Shown: positions 17,961 through 27,267 of the stretch, piece by piece
How the letters are laid out: every line of letters starts with the position of its first letter
Numbering within the stretch: the first letter of the stretch is position 1
Source of the DNA: Rhodospirillales bacterium
GTDB lineage: Bacteria > Pseudomonadota > Alphaproteobacteria > Rhodospirillales > JASLQF01
Reading direction: 5' to 3'
Assembly (NCBI GenBank): GCA_030744625.1
Contig: JASLQF010000044.1
Coordinates: 66,506 to 130,505 of the forward strand
DNA length: 64,000 nt
Program-made: the position numbers and the translations under genes
Notes under the pieces: model-generated
The model's input: the letters and a program-made list of their open reading frames with translations, nothing else
Told to the model about the DNA's origin: nothing
Database searches by the model: none

Positions 17961-20300
17961 CTACTCGGCGGCCTTGCGCGCGCCCGCCAGAGCCGCCAGC
18001 ACGCGCCGCGGCGACATTGGCGTCTCATTGATTTCCGCCCCCAGGCCCCTGAGGGCGTCGTTGACCGCGTTGGCGATGGCCGCCGCCGGCGCAATGGCCG
18101 CCGTCTCTCCCGCCCCCTTGATGCCGTGATCAGTATAGGGCGAGGGCGTTTCCATGTGCACCATTCGAATATCGGGAACCTCGGTGGCGCCCGGCATGAT
18201 GTAATCCATGAATGTGGAAGCAAGCGGCTGGCCGTTGTCGTCGTAGGGGCTTTCCTCGTAAAGCCCCGTGCCGATGCCCTGCGCCGTCCCGCCGAAGGTC
18301 TGGCCCTCGACGACCAGGGGATTGATCATGGTTCCGCAGTCCTCCACGACCACGTAGTCGAGAAGCTCCACCGCACCGATCTCCACGTCCACGGCGACCA
18401 CCGCGGCGTGCGCCGAATAGGTGAAAGAGCCCGTATCGACCTTGGGCTTGTAGCCCCCCGTCGCCTCGAGGCCGCCGGGATCGGCGTCGTCGGGAAGCTG
18501 ATCGGGGTTCAGGTACCATATTTTGGCGACGTCGGCGATGCTGACCTCGCCCCGCGGCCCCACCACCTTGCCGTCCCTGACCTCTACCTCATGGTGGCCG
18601 CATTGCAGGAGATGAGCGCCGATGATGCCCAGGCGTTCGGCCAGAACCTTGCAGGTCCGGGAAATGGCGCCGCCGGCCATGACCGCGGCGCGCGAAGCGT
18701 AGCTGCCCGTCGAGTAGGGGGAGCTTCCGGTATCGCCGTGGACGACGGTGATGAGGTCGGGGTCGATGCCGAGAATCTCGTTGGCGACCTGGGCCATGGT
18801 GGTCTCCATGCCCTGACCGTGGGAGTGCACGCCGATATAAATCTCGAGGCCGCCGTCCGGCGTCACCCGGCACTTGGCTTGCTCGAAGCCCGGGATCAAG
18901 GGAATACCGAAACCTGAAAAAACCGAGGTGCCGTGTGCCGTCTGTTCGGTGAACATTCCGATGCCGACACCGACCATCCGGCCGTCCTCCTCTCCCTTCG
19001 CCTGACGCTCGCGCACCGCCTCGAGACCGATGCCGTCCACGGCGCGGCGCAGGCACTCGGGATAATCGCCTGAATCGAGGTGTTTGTTGAGGATATTGGT
19101 GTAGGGCATCATGTCGGGGGTGACGAGGTTCTCAAACCGCACCTCATGCGGTTCGCGGCCGATTTCGCGGGCAATGGCGTCGACGGTGAGCTCGGTGGCA
19201 AAGCACACACCGGCCCGGGCAACGCCGCGATAGGGGATGAACGGCGGCTTGTTGGTGGCCACCGAAAAGGTTTTGTAACGGCACACCTCCAGCCCGTAGG
19301 GGCCGGCCAGGTTGCCGCCGGCCATCGACGCCTCGAGGACGGCCGTGAACGGCCACACGGAATAGGCGCCGACGTCGACGGTGACCTCGACATCGGTGGC
19401 CAGGATCCTGCCCTTTTCATCGGCATAGGCCGTCACCTGATAATGATGCTGGCGGCTGTTTGCGCAGGCCACCAGATGCTCGCGCCGGTCCTGCACCCAG
19501 CGCACGGGATGGCCGAGCTTGATCGCCAGCCATGCCACGGCAAGCTCCTCGGGCTGCATGATGCACTTGTATCCGAAGCCGCCGCCGACATCGGGCGCGA
19601 TGACCCGCACCTGGCGCTGCTCGAGCTCCAAATGCTCGGCGAGGCCGGTGCGAATGAGGTGGGGCGCCTGGGTCGACGAGTACAGGACGAGCTGGCCCAT
19701 GCGTTCGTCCCAGTAGGCGAGACACCCGGCGCCTTCCATGGGATTCATGGTCTGGCGCGCCATGTCGTAGGTGCGCGTCACCTTGACAGGCGCCGTCTTG
19801 GCCACGGCATCGATATCGTCGTCACGCGACGTGACCACGAAGACGTTGTCTCCCCACTCCTCGTGAATCAGCGTCGCGCCGGGTTTCTGGGCGTCAACGA
19901 TGTTGGCGAGGACGGGCAACTCGTCGAAATCGACGATGATCTGTTCCACCAGGTCCTCGGCCTCGGCCCGGGTGTCGGCGACGCAGGCGGCGATCATCTC
20001 GCCCACGTAGCGCACCTTGTCCGCGGCAAGGGCCGGAAAATCCGACTGTTTGAACCCGGGAAGGCTGGCCGCCGGGCGCATGGGGCGCACGCCCTTCATG
20101 TCGGCGTTGTGGAAGACCCGGGCGCGAATGGCGTCGGGAATCTCAATCCCCTCGATCTTGGCGTGGGCCACCGGACTGCGCAGGAACGCCACCTCCTTGA
20201 GGCCCGACATCGCCATGTCGCCGACGAAATTGCCGCGTCCGCGCATGTAGCGGCCGTCCTCCTTGCGCGTCAGGCGCGCACCGATTCCCTTGGTGCTCAT
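17961..20300 (-). CDS. Molybdopterin-binding large subunit (CoxL/XDH family; not a form-I CO dehydrogenase)
   Basis: 779 aa. The N-terminus GARLTRKEDGRYMRGRGNFVGD is typical of the family. The active-site loop reads PYRGVARAG, not AYxCSFR. Confidence 0.9.
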   Translation of the reverse strand: MSTKGIGARLTRKEDGRYMRGRGNFVGDMAMSGLKEVAFLRSPVAHAKIEGIEIPDAIRARVFHNADMKGVRPMRPAASLPGFKQSDFPALAADKVRYVGEMIAACVADTRAEAEDLVEQIIVDFDELPVLANIVDAQKPGATLIHEEWGDNVFVVTSRDDDIDAVAKTAPVKVTRTYDMARQTMNPMEGAGCLAYWDERMGQLVLYSSTQAPHLIRTGLAEHLELEQRQVRVIAPDVGGGFGYKCIMQPEELAVAWLAIKLGHPVRWVQDRREHLVACANSRQHHYQVTAYADEKGRILATDVEVTVDVGAYSVWPFTAVLEASMAGGNLAGPYGLEVCRYKTFSVATNKPPFIPYRGVARAGVCFATELTVDAIAREIGREPHEVRFENLVTPDMMPYTNILNKHLDSGDYPECLRRAVDGIGLEAVRERQAKGEEDGRMVGVGIGMFTEQTAHGTSVFSGFGIPLIPGFEQAKCRVTPDGGLEIYIGVHSHGQGMETTMAQVANEILGIDPDLITVVHGDTGSSPYSTGSYASRAAVMAGGAISRTCKVLAERLGIIGAHLLQCGHHEVEVRDGKVVGPRGEVSIADVAKIWYLNPDQLPDDADPGGLEATGGYKPKVDTGSFTYSAHAAVVAVDVEIGAVELLDYVVVEDCGTMINPLVVEGQTFGGTAQGIGTGLYEESPYDDNGQPLASTFMDYIMPGATEVPDIRMVHMETPSPYTDHGIKGAGETAAIAPAAAIANAVNDALRGLGAEINETPMSPRRVLAALAGARKAAE

Positions 20301-20354
20301 TCTTCCCTCTCGGCCCTCACGTTTCTGTGATCATAGCGGCGATAAATTCAAGGC

Positions 20355-21878
20355 TCAACGAATGCCTGGGCGGCGCTCCGCCCACGGCCGTGCCTGCTCC
20401 AACGCGGCGGCGGCGGCAAGCACGCCGGCATCGTCCCGCCAGCGGCCGACGATTTGCAGGCCGACGGGAAGACCGCCCGCCGTCCAGCCACAGGGCACGC
20501 TGACGGCAGGGTGGCCGGTGAGGTTGAATATGTTGAGGTAGGAGACCCACGCGGCACGTATGTCGCCGGCCTCGACGCCCTCGATGTCGATGGGCTCCGA
20601 TGCCTTGTGGTCTGCCTTCAGGGGCGGCCGGCTCAGGGTCGGCGTGACGATGAGGTCGAATTCGTCGAACCACGCCTGCGTGGATCGGAAAATCCGGGTG
20701 CGCTTGTACATCGCCTGTTGCAGTTGCGTTGCGGAATACTTGCCTCCCTCGCGGATGCCGGCCACGAAGCCCGGGTCCATGCGCTTTTCGTTGGCATCGA
20801 CGTCCTTGCCGAAGCGGGCCGCCCAGTTGGACTGTTGAAGGACGCGCCACGTGGGCTCGGCGTTCTCCACCGGATCGTCGATGGCCTCGACCTCGGCGCC
20901 GAGGCCGCCGAGGGTCTCTATCGCGTGTTCGCAAAGGGTCCGCACTTCGCCGTCGAGCGCCTCGTTGCCGAGCAGCGCCCGCCACGCCAGCCGCTTGCCA
21001 CGGATGGAATTGAGGGCATCGCCGTTTACCGTCCAGCCCTCGGACCCGCCCGATGCCGAGGCCAGGGAGAACGGATCGGAGCCGTCGGGGCCGGCCATGA
21101 CACCGAGCATGAGCGCCGCGTCGGCGACGGTGCGCGCCATGACGCCGAGGTGGATGAAGTTGGCGAATCCGTCGGGCACCTGATTGTGAGGCAACCGGCC
21201 GAGCGTCGGCTTCATGCCGACGATGCCGCAGCACGCCGCCGGCTGGCGCGTCGAGGCGCCGGCGTCAGTGGCCAGCGACAGCGGCCCCAACCCCGCCGCA
21301 ACCGCCGCTGCCGAGCCGCCGCTGGAGCCGCCCGGCGTGTAGTCCGGGTTCCAGGGGTTGCGGGTCGTCCCGAACAGGGGCGCGTCGGTCAGGAGCTTGT
21401 GGGCGAACTCGGGCGTCGTGGTCTTGCCGACGACGATGGCGCCGGCCGCCTTGAGGCGCGCCACGGCGACGGCATCGGCGCCGGGTACGTTGTCCTCCAT
21501 CAGGCGCGAGCCGAATGTGGTACGCACGCCGGCGGTGTTGATGATGTCCTTCACGGAAACCGGCACGCCGTGCAGGGGGCCCAGGTCCTCTCCCCTGGCC
21601 GCGGAGTCGTCGGCGCGAGCCGCGGCGGCGCGAGCGTCGTCGGCGCACACCGTGATGAAGGCGTTGAGCGAGGATTGCGAGGCCTCGACGCGGGCCAGCA
21701 GGTCGTCCACCACCTCGACCGAAGAGACGTCGCCCGAGCGCATCCCGGCGGCCAGTTGGCCGGCCGCTACGAAAGCCAGTTCAGAGTTTGGCGTGGTCAC
21801 AATCTTCCCCAGGTGTTGGTCTCGATCGCCGGTTCGGTCGGCATCGAGACCGATGGCCCCAATCTTCTTTTCAACCAT
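20355..21878 (-). CDS. Amidase-signature (AS) family amidase
   Basis: It contains GGSSGGSAAAVAAGL and the KD..N/GTD pattern. I chose the start at the ATG at 21878 (MVEKKIG...); the 542-aa track ORF extends into the divergent MarR gene. Confidence 0.85.
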   Translation of the reverse strand: MVEKKIGAIGLDADRTGDRDQHLGKIVTTPNSELAFVAAGQLAAGMRSGDVSSVEVVDDLLARVEASQSSLNAFITVCADDARAAAARADDSAARGEDLGPLHGVPVSVKDIINTAGVRTTFGSRLMEDNVPGADAVAVARLKAAGAIVVGKTTTPEFAHKLLTDAPLFGTTRNPWNPDYTPGGSSGGSAAAVAAGLGPLSLATDAGASTRQPAACCGIVGMKPTLGRLPHNQVPDGFANFIHLGVMARTVADAALMLGVMAGPDGSDPFSLASASGGSEGWTVNGDALNSIRGKRLAWRALLGNEALDGEVRTLCEHAIETLGGLGAEVEAIDDPVENAEPTWRVLQQSNWAARFGKDVDANEKRMDPGFVAGIREGGKYSATQLQQAMYKRTRIFRSTQAWFDEFDLIVTPTLSRPPLKADHKASEPIDIEGVEAGDIRAAWVSYLNIFNLTGHPAVSVPCGWTAGGLPVGLQIVGRWRDDAGVLAAAAALEQARPWAERRPGIR

Positions 21879-21982
21879 CCGAATGTGCAGTATACTGACG
21901 ACTGTAAACGGGACGCCCCAAAGGGTCAATGACAATGGGGGGGCGTGAGCCATCCCGTCAGTGGGAATTCGAGGCCTGTCCA

Positions 21983-22489
21983 ATGTCGTCGCGCGCCAAG
22001 CTGAAATCCGGCCAAAGCCCGCACGCCGAACCTGCCGGGGCCGCCTTGTGGTCGCGCCCCGGCTTCCTGGTCCGCAGGCTCCATCAGATCCACGCCGCCA
22101 TGTTCGCCGAAGAGTGCGGCGCCTTCAACATCACGCCCGTGCAGTATGGGCTGATGACAATCCTCTTGGAGCAGCCGGGACTCGATCAGATCTCCCTGGG
22201 CAGCGAACTGGGCATCGACCGCACCAACGTCGCCGACGTTCTGGTGCGCCTCGAGGTTCGCGGCTTGGTGCGGCGCCAGGTGAGCCGCGCCGACCGCCGC
22301 ATGAAGCTGGCTTCCCTCACCAACGAGGGCGAGACCCTGACGCGCCGGATGGAATCCCACATGAAGCGCGCCCAGGAGCGCCTCATGACCCCCCTCGGCG
22401 AAAGCGACCGCGCCACCTTCCTCAAGCTCCTGGGCCGCCTGGTCGACGCCAACAACGAATGGAGCCGGGCGCCCCTGCGCATGGACTGA
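21983..22489 (+). CDS. MarR-family transcriptional regulator
   Basis: It has a winged-helix segment ITPVQYGLMTILLEQPGLDQISLGSELGIDRTNVADVLVRLEVRGLVRR. Starting at the ATG at 21983 gives 168 aa; an in-frame ATG at 21929 is also possible. Confidence 0.85.
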   Translation: MSSRAKLKSGQSPHAEPAGAALWSRPGFLVRRLHQIHAAMFAEECGAFNITPVQYGLMTILLEQPGLDQISLGSELGIDRTNVADVLVRLEVRGLVRRQVSRADRRMKLASLTNEGETLTRRMESHMKRAQERLMTPLGESDRATFLKLLGRLVDANNEWSRAPLRMD

Positions 22490-22519
22490 GGAGCAGGCCG
22501 CAGCGGACTCCAGCCCTTC

Positions 22520-23041
22520 TCACACCGGAAAGATCATCGAGTTGGGGATGATCAGGGAATCGTAGACGCAGTCGCGCTTTTTCAGGAGCAGCCGGCCGTC
22601 CTGGCGCACGAAGGTGTCGAGGTAGCGGCCCGCCTGGAAGATTCGCGTCTTGTCCTCGACCAGGGTCTCGAGGACCATGTAGTTGGATTGCGCGTGGATG
22701 GCCTCGTCGGCGCCGACCTGGGTGACGCGCGCGTTGGAGTTCATGTGCAGGAGATAGCGCGGCGCGAAGGTGGTGGTCTCGAGGACGGCGAAGGCGCGGT
22801 CCTTGAGCATCGGCTTGCCTTCGCAATAGATGAGACCGACCGGCAGACCGGCCTCGAAATTCTCGCGCCCCGTGACGCGGTAGAAGGCGTCCTCGGTGAA
22901 GAAGTCCTCGGCCCAGCGCACGAGATCGAATTCGTCGAGGACGCGGGCGTATTCGACGTTGAATTCCTCGATCTCCAGTCTGAACTCGCGGAGCGCCGCG
23001 GTATTGGGCTGAACCGCTCCGGCGTTCTCGGGCGCCATCAT
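22520..23041 (-). CDS. Aromatic-ring-hydroxylating dioxygenase beta subunit
   Basis: 173 aa with an NTF2-like beta-subunit pattern (FFTEDAFYRV...GRY.D.F). Its start overlaps the alpha-subunit stop (ATGA). Confidence 0.85.
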   Translation of the reverse strand: MMAPENAGAVQPNTAALREFRLEIEEFNVEYARVLDEFDLVRWAEDFFTEDAFYRVTGRENFEAGLPVGLIYCEGKPMLKDRAFAVLETTTFAPRYLLHMNSNARVTQVGADEAIHAQSNYMVLETLVEDKTRIFQAGRYLDTFVRQDGRLLLKKRDCVYDSLIIPNSMIFPV

Positions 23042-24315
23042 CGGAGCCCCATCACTTCGCTGTAGTAGCGATACATCGAACGCAACGCCGATTCCGATAT
23101 GGGCGAGGTCGACGTGCCCTCCTCGGTCCCACCCAGCCCGATAAAGGCTTGAGATGGCAGCGAGTGGCGGAGGCCATCCTGGACGAATTGCAGCGCCTCG
23201 CCATCCTCGGCGCCGAGGAAGCCGGACGGCCCCATCAGGTTTCCCTGGCGCAAACGGTGGCGCGTCATCTCGTCGTCGTCGGCGGCGTAGCCGAACATGG
23301 TCCAGTGGAGGTCGAAGGCGTGCGGGCCCTTGGGCACGATCCGGCGGGTACCAAGGGTGTTGAGCTCGCGCTGCACGATAAAGTTGGGCCAGATCGTCTG
23401 CATGGTCACGGTCCAGGGCCCTTCGAACTCGTCTACCAGATCCATGATCCGCCCGTCCTGGAGAACCATGTCCTCGCGGAACGCCTTCAGTTCCCTGGTT
23501 TCGGCCTTGATCTCCGGCTCGTCGCCACGGGCCGACGCGATGACGCCGTGGCGGCCCACCTCGTCGACGATCATCGCCGAGCGCTGGCCGGCCCGGAACA
23601 GCCCGAAGGTGACGAGATAGGCGTGCAGCAGGGTGGCGTGGTACGGGTCCTTCAGGTTCTCGTGATAGGACTTCCAGTTGGACGGGATGGTGTTGCGGTA
23701 ATAACCGAGGATTCTGATCTCGCGCCCGTCGAAGGTCTGGTCGAAGGTCTCGATCATCTCGGCGCCCAGGTAATCCTCGAGGGGCTCCACCGCGTCGGAA
23801 TAGGATGCGAAGACGACACCGTTGCGCGTCGTCACCTGGAGCTTCCGCAGGCCGTGTTCCTCGTTCCTGAAGTCGTCCGTCATGCCGCCCTCGCCATCGA
23901 GGCCGCGGCGAAACGGCACACCGATGAGGTTACCGGCCAGGTCGTAGGTCCATTGGTGGTACGGGCACATGAACTCCTTGACTGAGCCCGAGAGGGGGCG
24001 GCACAGCTCGGCGCCGCGGTGGGCGCAACGGTTCTCGACGACGCGGACGGCGCCGTCCGCGTCGCGCACCATGACGACGGGACGGGCGCCGGCGTGGGTG
24101 CGCCGGAAGTCCCCCGGGTTGGGGATTTCGGCCTCCAGGCCGACGAAGTTCCAGGTCGGTCCCTCGAAGATCAGCTCGAGTTCGCGGGCGTAGATCTCGT
24201 CGCTGGTGTAGACCCAGTCGGGGATGACGGTGAAGCCTTCGTCGGGCCATTTGTAGCCGGTTCCGCCATTGCCGGGCGCGGCGCCCTTGCTGGCCGGGGA
24301 TTTCTTCTTCGCCAT
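23038..24315 (-). CDS. Rieske non-heme iron oxygenase alpha subunit
   Basis: 425 aa with the Rieske motif CAHRGAELC...CPYHQWTY and a downstream catalytic-domain His/Asp pattern. Confidence 0.9.
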   Translation of the reverse strand: MAKKKSPASKGAAPGNGGTGYKWPDEGFTVIPDWVYTSDEIYARELELIFEGPTWNFVGLEAEIPNPGDFRRTHAGARPVVMVRDADGAVRVVENRCAHRGAELCRPLSGSVKEFMCPYHQWTYDLAGNLIGVPFRRGLDGEGGMTDDFRNEEHGLRKLQVTTRNGVVFASYSDAVEPLEDYLGAEMIETFDQTFDGREIRILGYYRNTIPSNWKSYHENLKDPYHATLLHAYLVTFGLFRAGQRSAMIVDEVGRHGVIASARGDEPEIKAETRELKAFREDMVLQDGRIMDLVDEFEGPWTVTMQTIWPNFIVQRELNTLGTRRIVPKGPHAFDLHWTMFGYAADDDEMTRHRLRQGNLMGPSGFLGAEDGEALQFVQDGLRHSLPSQAFIGLGGTEEGTSTSPISESALRSMYRYYSEVMGLR

Positions 24316-24354
24316 GGTTCCTCTCCCTCTCCGCCGCGCCGGGGATATGCCGGC

Positions 24355-25611
24355 TCAGCCGGCCGCCGCCGCCGTGGACACCGTTTGGCGCACCAAGTCC
24401 TTGAGCTTGACGTCCGGGTTTTTCAAGGTTTCCGCATCCACCGCCGCCCGCGCCTCGATGAGCTTGCGCCCGAAGCGCACGTCGGGCGCCGCGTTGAACC
24501 CGGTAACGCCGACGACGCGCCCCTCCAGCAGATAGAAGGCGGAGAACGCGCCCGTCCCCGGGTCGCCCCGGAAAACGATATCGTCCCAACGCTCCGGAAC
24601 CCCGGCCAGTTGAATGTTTACGCCGTACTGGTCCGACCAGAACCACGGCACCTCGTTGTAGGGCACCGGCGCGCCGCACATGGCGCGGGCGGCGGCGATG
24701 GCTTGGTTCTGGGCGTTCTGCCAGGATTCCAAACGCAGGGTGCGCCCCAGGAAGCCGTTGGGGTGGTTGGCCACGTCGCCGGCGGCATAGATTCCGGGAA
24801 CCGTGGTCTCGCCGAATTCGTCGACGACGATGCCGTCGCCAACTTCGCAGCCGGCGGCTTCCGCCAATTCGGTGTTGGGAATGATGCCGATCGAGACAAC
24901 AACGGCGTCGGCGGCGAGCACCGTGCCGTCGGCGAGGCGGACGCCGGACACCCTCCCCTCGCCCTCGATGGCGGCGACGTCGGCCCCGGTCATGACGCGG
25001 GTGCCGTGGCGCGCGTGCAGGTCGCCGACGACGCGGCCGATCTCGGGCGCCGCCACACGGTCGAGCAGGTTCGCCTCGCGCTCCACCACCGTTACCTCGA
25101 GGCCCATGACGCGCGCCGCCGCCGCCGCCTCGAGGCCCAGGTAGCCGCCGCCGACGGCGACGACGCTCCGCGCCCCGGCCAGGGCCGCCCGCAAGGCCAG
25201 GCTGTCGTCGATGGTGTGCACGTAGAAGACGCCGGCAAGCGCCGCGCCGGGAACGGCAAGCCGGCGCACCCGGCCACCGGTGGCCAGCAGGAGCTTGTCG
25301 AATACCACCTCGGCGCCCGACGACAGCCCGAGGCGCCGCGCCTCCACGTCGAGGCTTTCGGCGCGGACTCCGGCCATGAACTCGATGTCGCCGTCGGCAT
25401 AGAATTCGACCGGGTTGAGGTAGGTCGTCTCCACCTCGACCTCCCCGGTCAGGAGCTTCTTCGAGAGCGGCGGGCGCTCATAGGGCGGGTACGCCTCCTC
25501 GCCGATGAGCGCGACGCGGCCATTGAACCCGGCCGCCCGCATGGCTTCGACGGCGCGGCCGCCGGCCTGCCCGGCACCGACCACCACGTATGTCGATAGC
25601 GATTTCGTCAC
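24355..25611 (-). CDS. Ferredoxin-NAD(P)+ reductase (pyridine nucleotide-disulfide oxidoreductase)
   Basis: 418 aa with two GxGxxG folds (VVVGAGQAGG, VAVGGGYLGLE), and AAGDVA. Confidence 0.9.
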   Translation of the reverse strand: MTKSLSTYVVVGAGQAGGRAVEAMRAAGFNGRVALIGEEAYPPYERPPLSKKLLTGEVEVETTYLNPVEFYADGDIEFMAGVRAESLDVEARRLGLSSGAEVVFDKLLLATGGRVRRLAVPGAALAGVFYVHTIDDSLALRAALAGARSVVAVGGGYLGLEAAAAARVMGLEVTVVEREANLLDRVAAPEIGRVVGDLHARHGTRVMTGADVAAIEGEGRVSGVRLADGTVLAADAVVVSIGIIPNTELAEAAGCEVGDGIVVDEFGETTVPGIYAAGDVANHPNGFLGRTLRLESWQNAQNQAIAAARAMCGAPVPYNEVPWFWSDQYGVNIQLAGVPERWDDIVFRGDPGTGAFSAFYLLEGRVVGVTGFNAAPDVRFGRKLIEARAAVDAETLKNPDVKLKDLVRQTVSTAAAAG

Positions 25612-25638
25612 ACCCCTACACCCGATTCCGGCCCCCGG

Positions 25639-25953
25639 TCACTTGTCCGGAACGTCGACCAGGATTTCCCCGTCCTCCTCCTTCACCGGATAGGTCGGGA
25701 TATCCTCGGTGACCGGCGCGCCCTGCGCCTTGCCCGTGGGGATATGGAAATAGCCCTGGTGGAGCGGGCACTCGATGCGGTCGCCCTCGATATAGCCGTC
25801 AGACAGGCAGGCGTATTCATGGGTACAGATGTTATGGGTCGCGTAATACACGCCGCCGAGCTTGTAGACCGCGATCTCCTTGCCGTCGACCTCGACCCCG
25901 ATGACCTCGTCGTCGTCCAGGTCGGCGCTTTTCGCCACACTATGCCAAGCCAT
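25639..25953 (-). CDS. Rieske-type [2Fe-2S] ferredoxin
   Basis: 104 aa with CTHEYACLSDG...CPLHQGYF. Confidence 0.9.
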   Translation of the reverse strand: MAWHSVAKSADLDDDEVIGVEVDGKEIAVYKLGGVYYATHNICTHEYACLSDGYIEGDRIECPLHQGYFHIPTGKAQGAPVTEDIPTYPVKEEDGEILVDVPDK

Positions 25954-26183
25954 TCCGTGGTCTTTCCCCGTCCGTAAGTTCCTTTGTTTCAGAAGTCAGC
26001 ATGCCCTTTTGTTTTGAGAGCATCGAGTTTCGATGCGCGTATTCTATACGCGCTGGAGGAAACGGAGGAAAGGAAAGCTTGAACATGGATGGCATGCGCC
26101 GTCTTGCGCGGCGCCCGACGACGGTGCACTGTGGTCGATGCGGCGCGACCCAAGAGTGCCGTCATTGACAGGGGAGAACTGAC

Positions 26184-26558
26184 ATGGCGCTTGTAGCCTT
26201 GGCCAAGAAGGGAAACTTCTTTCACGTCTATGATTTCCGTGTGAAGCAGGGCACCGCGGACGAGTTCATCCGGCTCTTCGACGAATTCGACTACTCCGAC
26301 GACAACCCTATGCACAAGTCGACGGCGCAGGCAAAGGACGGGGTCCTGTGCCAGGACACCGAAGACCCGGAGCACTTCTACCTGATCGGCGAATGGCGCG
26401 ATATCGTGGAGCATGCGGCCATCCGCAAGGTCCTCGCCGAGGAGATCAAGCCGCAGTTCGTTTCGCTTATCGAGGGCGGCAAGTTCGTGCCGACTTACGC
26501 CGAAATCGTCTCTAGCACGCCGCAGGAGTTCCTCGACAGGGCGTCCGGCGACGCCTGA
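26184..26558 (+). CDS. Small ABM-like (antibiotic biosynthesis monooxygenase fold) protein
   Basis: 124 aa with strong GC3 coding bias. The segment HFYLIGEWRDIVEHAAIRK resembles the ABM-domain core. This is a weak family call. Confidence 0.5.
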   Translation: MALVALAKKGNFFHVYDFRVKQGTADEFIRLFDEFDYSDDNPMHKSTAQAKDGVLCQDTEDPEHFYLIGEWRDIVEHAAIRKVLAEEIKPQFVSLIEGGKFVPTYAEIVSSTPQEFLDRASGDA

Positions 26559-26584
26559 ACGTCGCGGCGTCCGGCGACGCCTGA
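26540..26584 (+). repeat. 19-bp direct repeat GGCGTCCGGCGACGCCTGA x2 (period 26 bp), each copy an internal hairpin
   Basis: Read directly from the sequence. Copy 1 (26540..26558) includes the last codons and the TGA of the ABM-like gene. Copy 2 is at 26566..26584. Each copy contains GGCGTC-cggc-GACGCC. Confidence 0.75.
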
Positions 26585-26611
26585 TGCCCTCCCCAACTTC
26601 GGGAGCAAGCC

Positions 26612-27253
26612 ATGATCAAGCTTTACTCTTATTTCCGCTCGTCCACGTCCTTCCGGCTGCGCATCGCGCTCAACCTCAAGGGCCTGGAGTACGAACACCA
26701 CTCGGTCAACCTGCCCGGCTCGGAGCACCGCACGCCTGAGTTCCTCAAGATCAACCCGCAAGGGTTGGTGCCGGCGCTTGTCAACGGGGACACGGTCGTG
26801 ATCCAGTCGATGGCGATGATCGAGTATCTCGACGAGACCCGCCCCGAGCCGCCGCTTCTACCCAAGGAGCCGGAAAGGCGCGCCTACGTGCGCGCCCTCT
26901 CCCAGGTCATCGGCTGCGAGATGCACCCCCTCAACAACGTGCGCGTCCTCAAACATGTGACCGACACCCTGGGACACGACAAGGAAACCATGCAGGAGTG
27001 GTACGAGCATTGGATCGCCGAAGGCTTCGAGGGCTTCGAATCCTTCCTCCACAAGAACCCGTTCCGCGGAAAATTCTGCGACGGCGACGCGGTGACCATG
27101 GCCGACATCTGCCTGGTGCCCCAGGTGTTCAACGCCCAGCGCTTCCACTGCCGGCTCGACGACTATCCCACCACCATGCGCATCTTCGACGCCTGCATGG
27201 AACTCGACGCCTTCCAGCGTGCCGAGCCGAGCCGCCAACCGGACGCCGTTTGA
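26612..27253 (+). CDS. maiA: Maleylacetoacetate/maleylpyruvate isomerase (zeta-class GST)
   Basis: 213 aa. The N-terminus is MIKLYSYFRSSTSFRLRIALNLKGLEYE...INPQGLVPAL, which includes the zeta-GST SSxxxRxRIAL signature. Confidence 0.85.
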   Translation: MIKLYSYFRSSTSFRLRIALNLKGLEYEHHSVNLPGSEHRTPEFLKINPQGLVPALVNGDTVVIQSMAMIEYLDETRPEPPLLPKEPERRAYVRALSQVIGCEMHPLNNVRVLKHVTDTLGHDKETMQEWYEHWIAEGFEGFESFLHKNPFRGKFCDGDAVTMADICLVPQVFNAQRFHCRLDDYPTTMRIFDACMELDAFQRAEPSRQPDAV

Positions 27254-27267
27254 GGGCACCCTATCCC

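Noticed and set aside
17961-20300. Possible aerobic carbon monoxide dehydrogenase (coxSML plus coxG).
   Set aside because: The large subunit's active-site loop reads PYRGVARAG. It matches neither the form-I AYxCSFR nor the form-II AYRGAGR signature as I remember them. I therefore call it a generic XDH-family hydroxylase.
25989-26414. A 141-aa minus-strand ORF in the ferredoxin / ABM-like intergenic area.
   Set aside because: It overlaps the better-supported plus-strand ABM-like gene (strong GC3 bias) in antisense, and the remainder falls in promoter DNA. It has no motifs.
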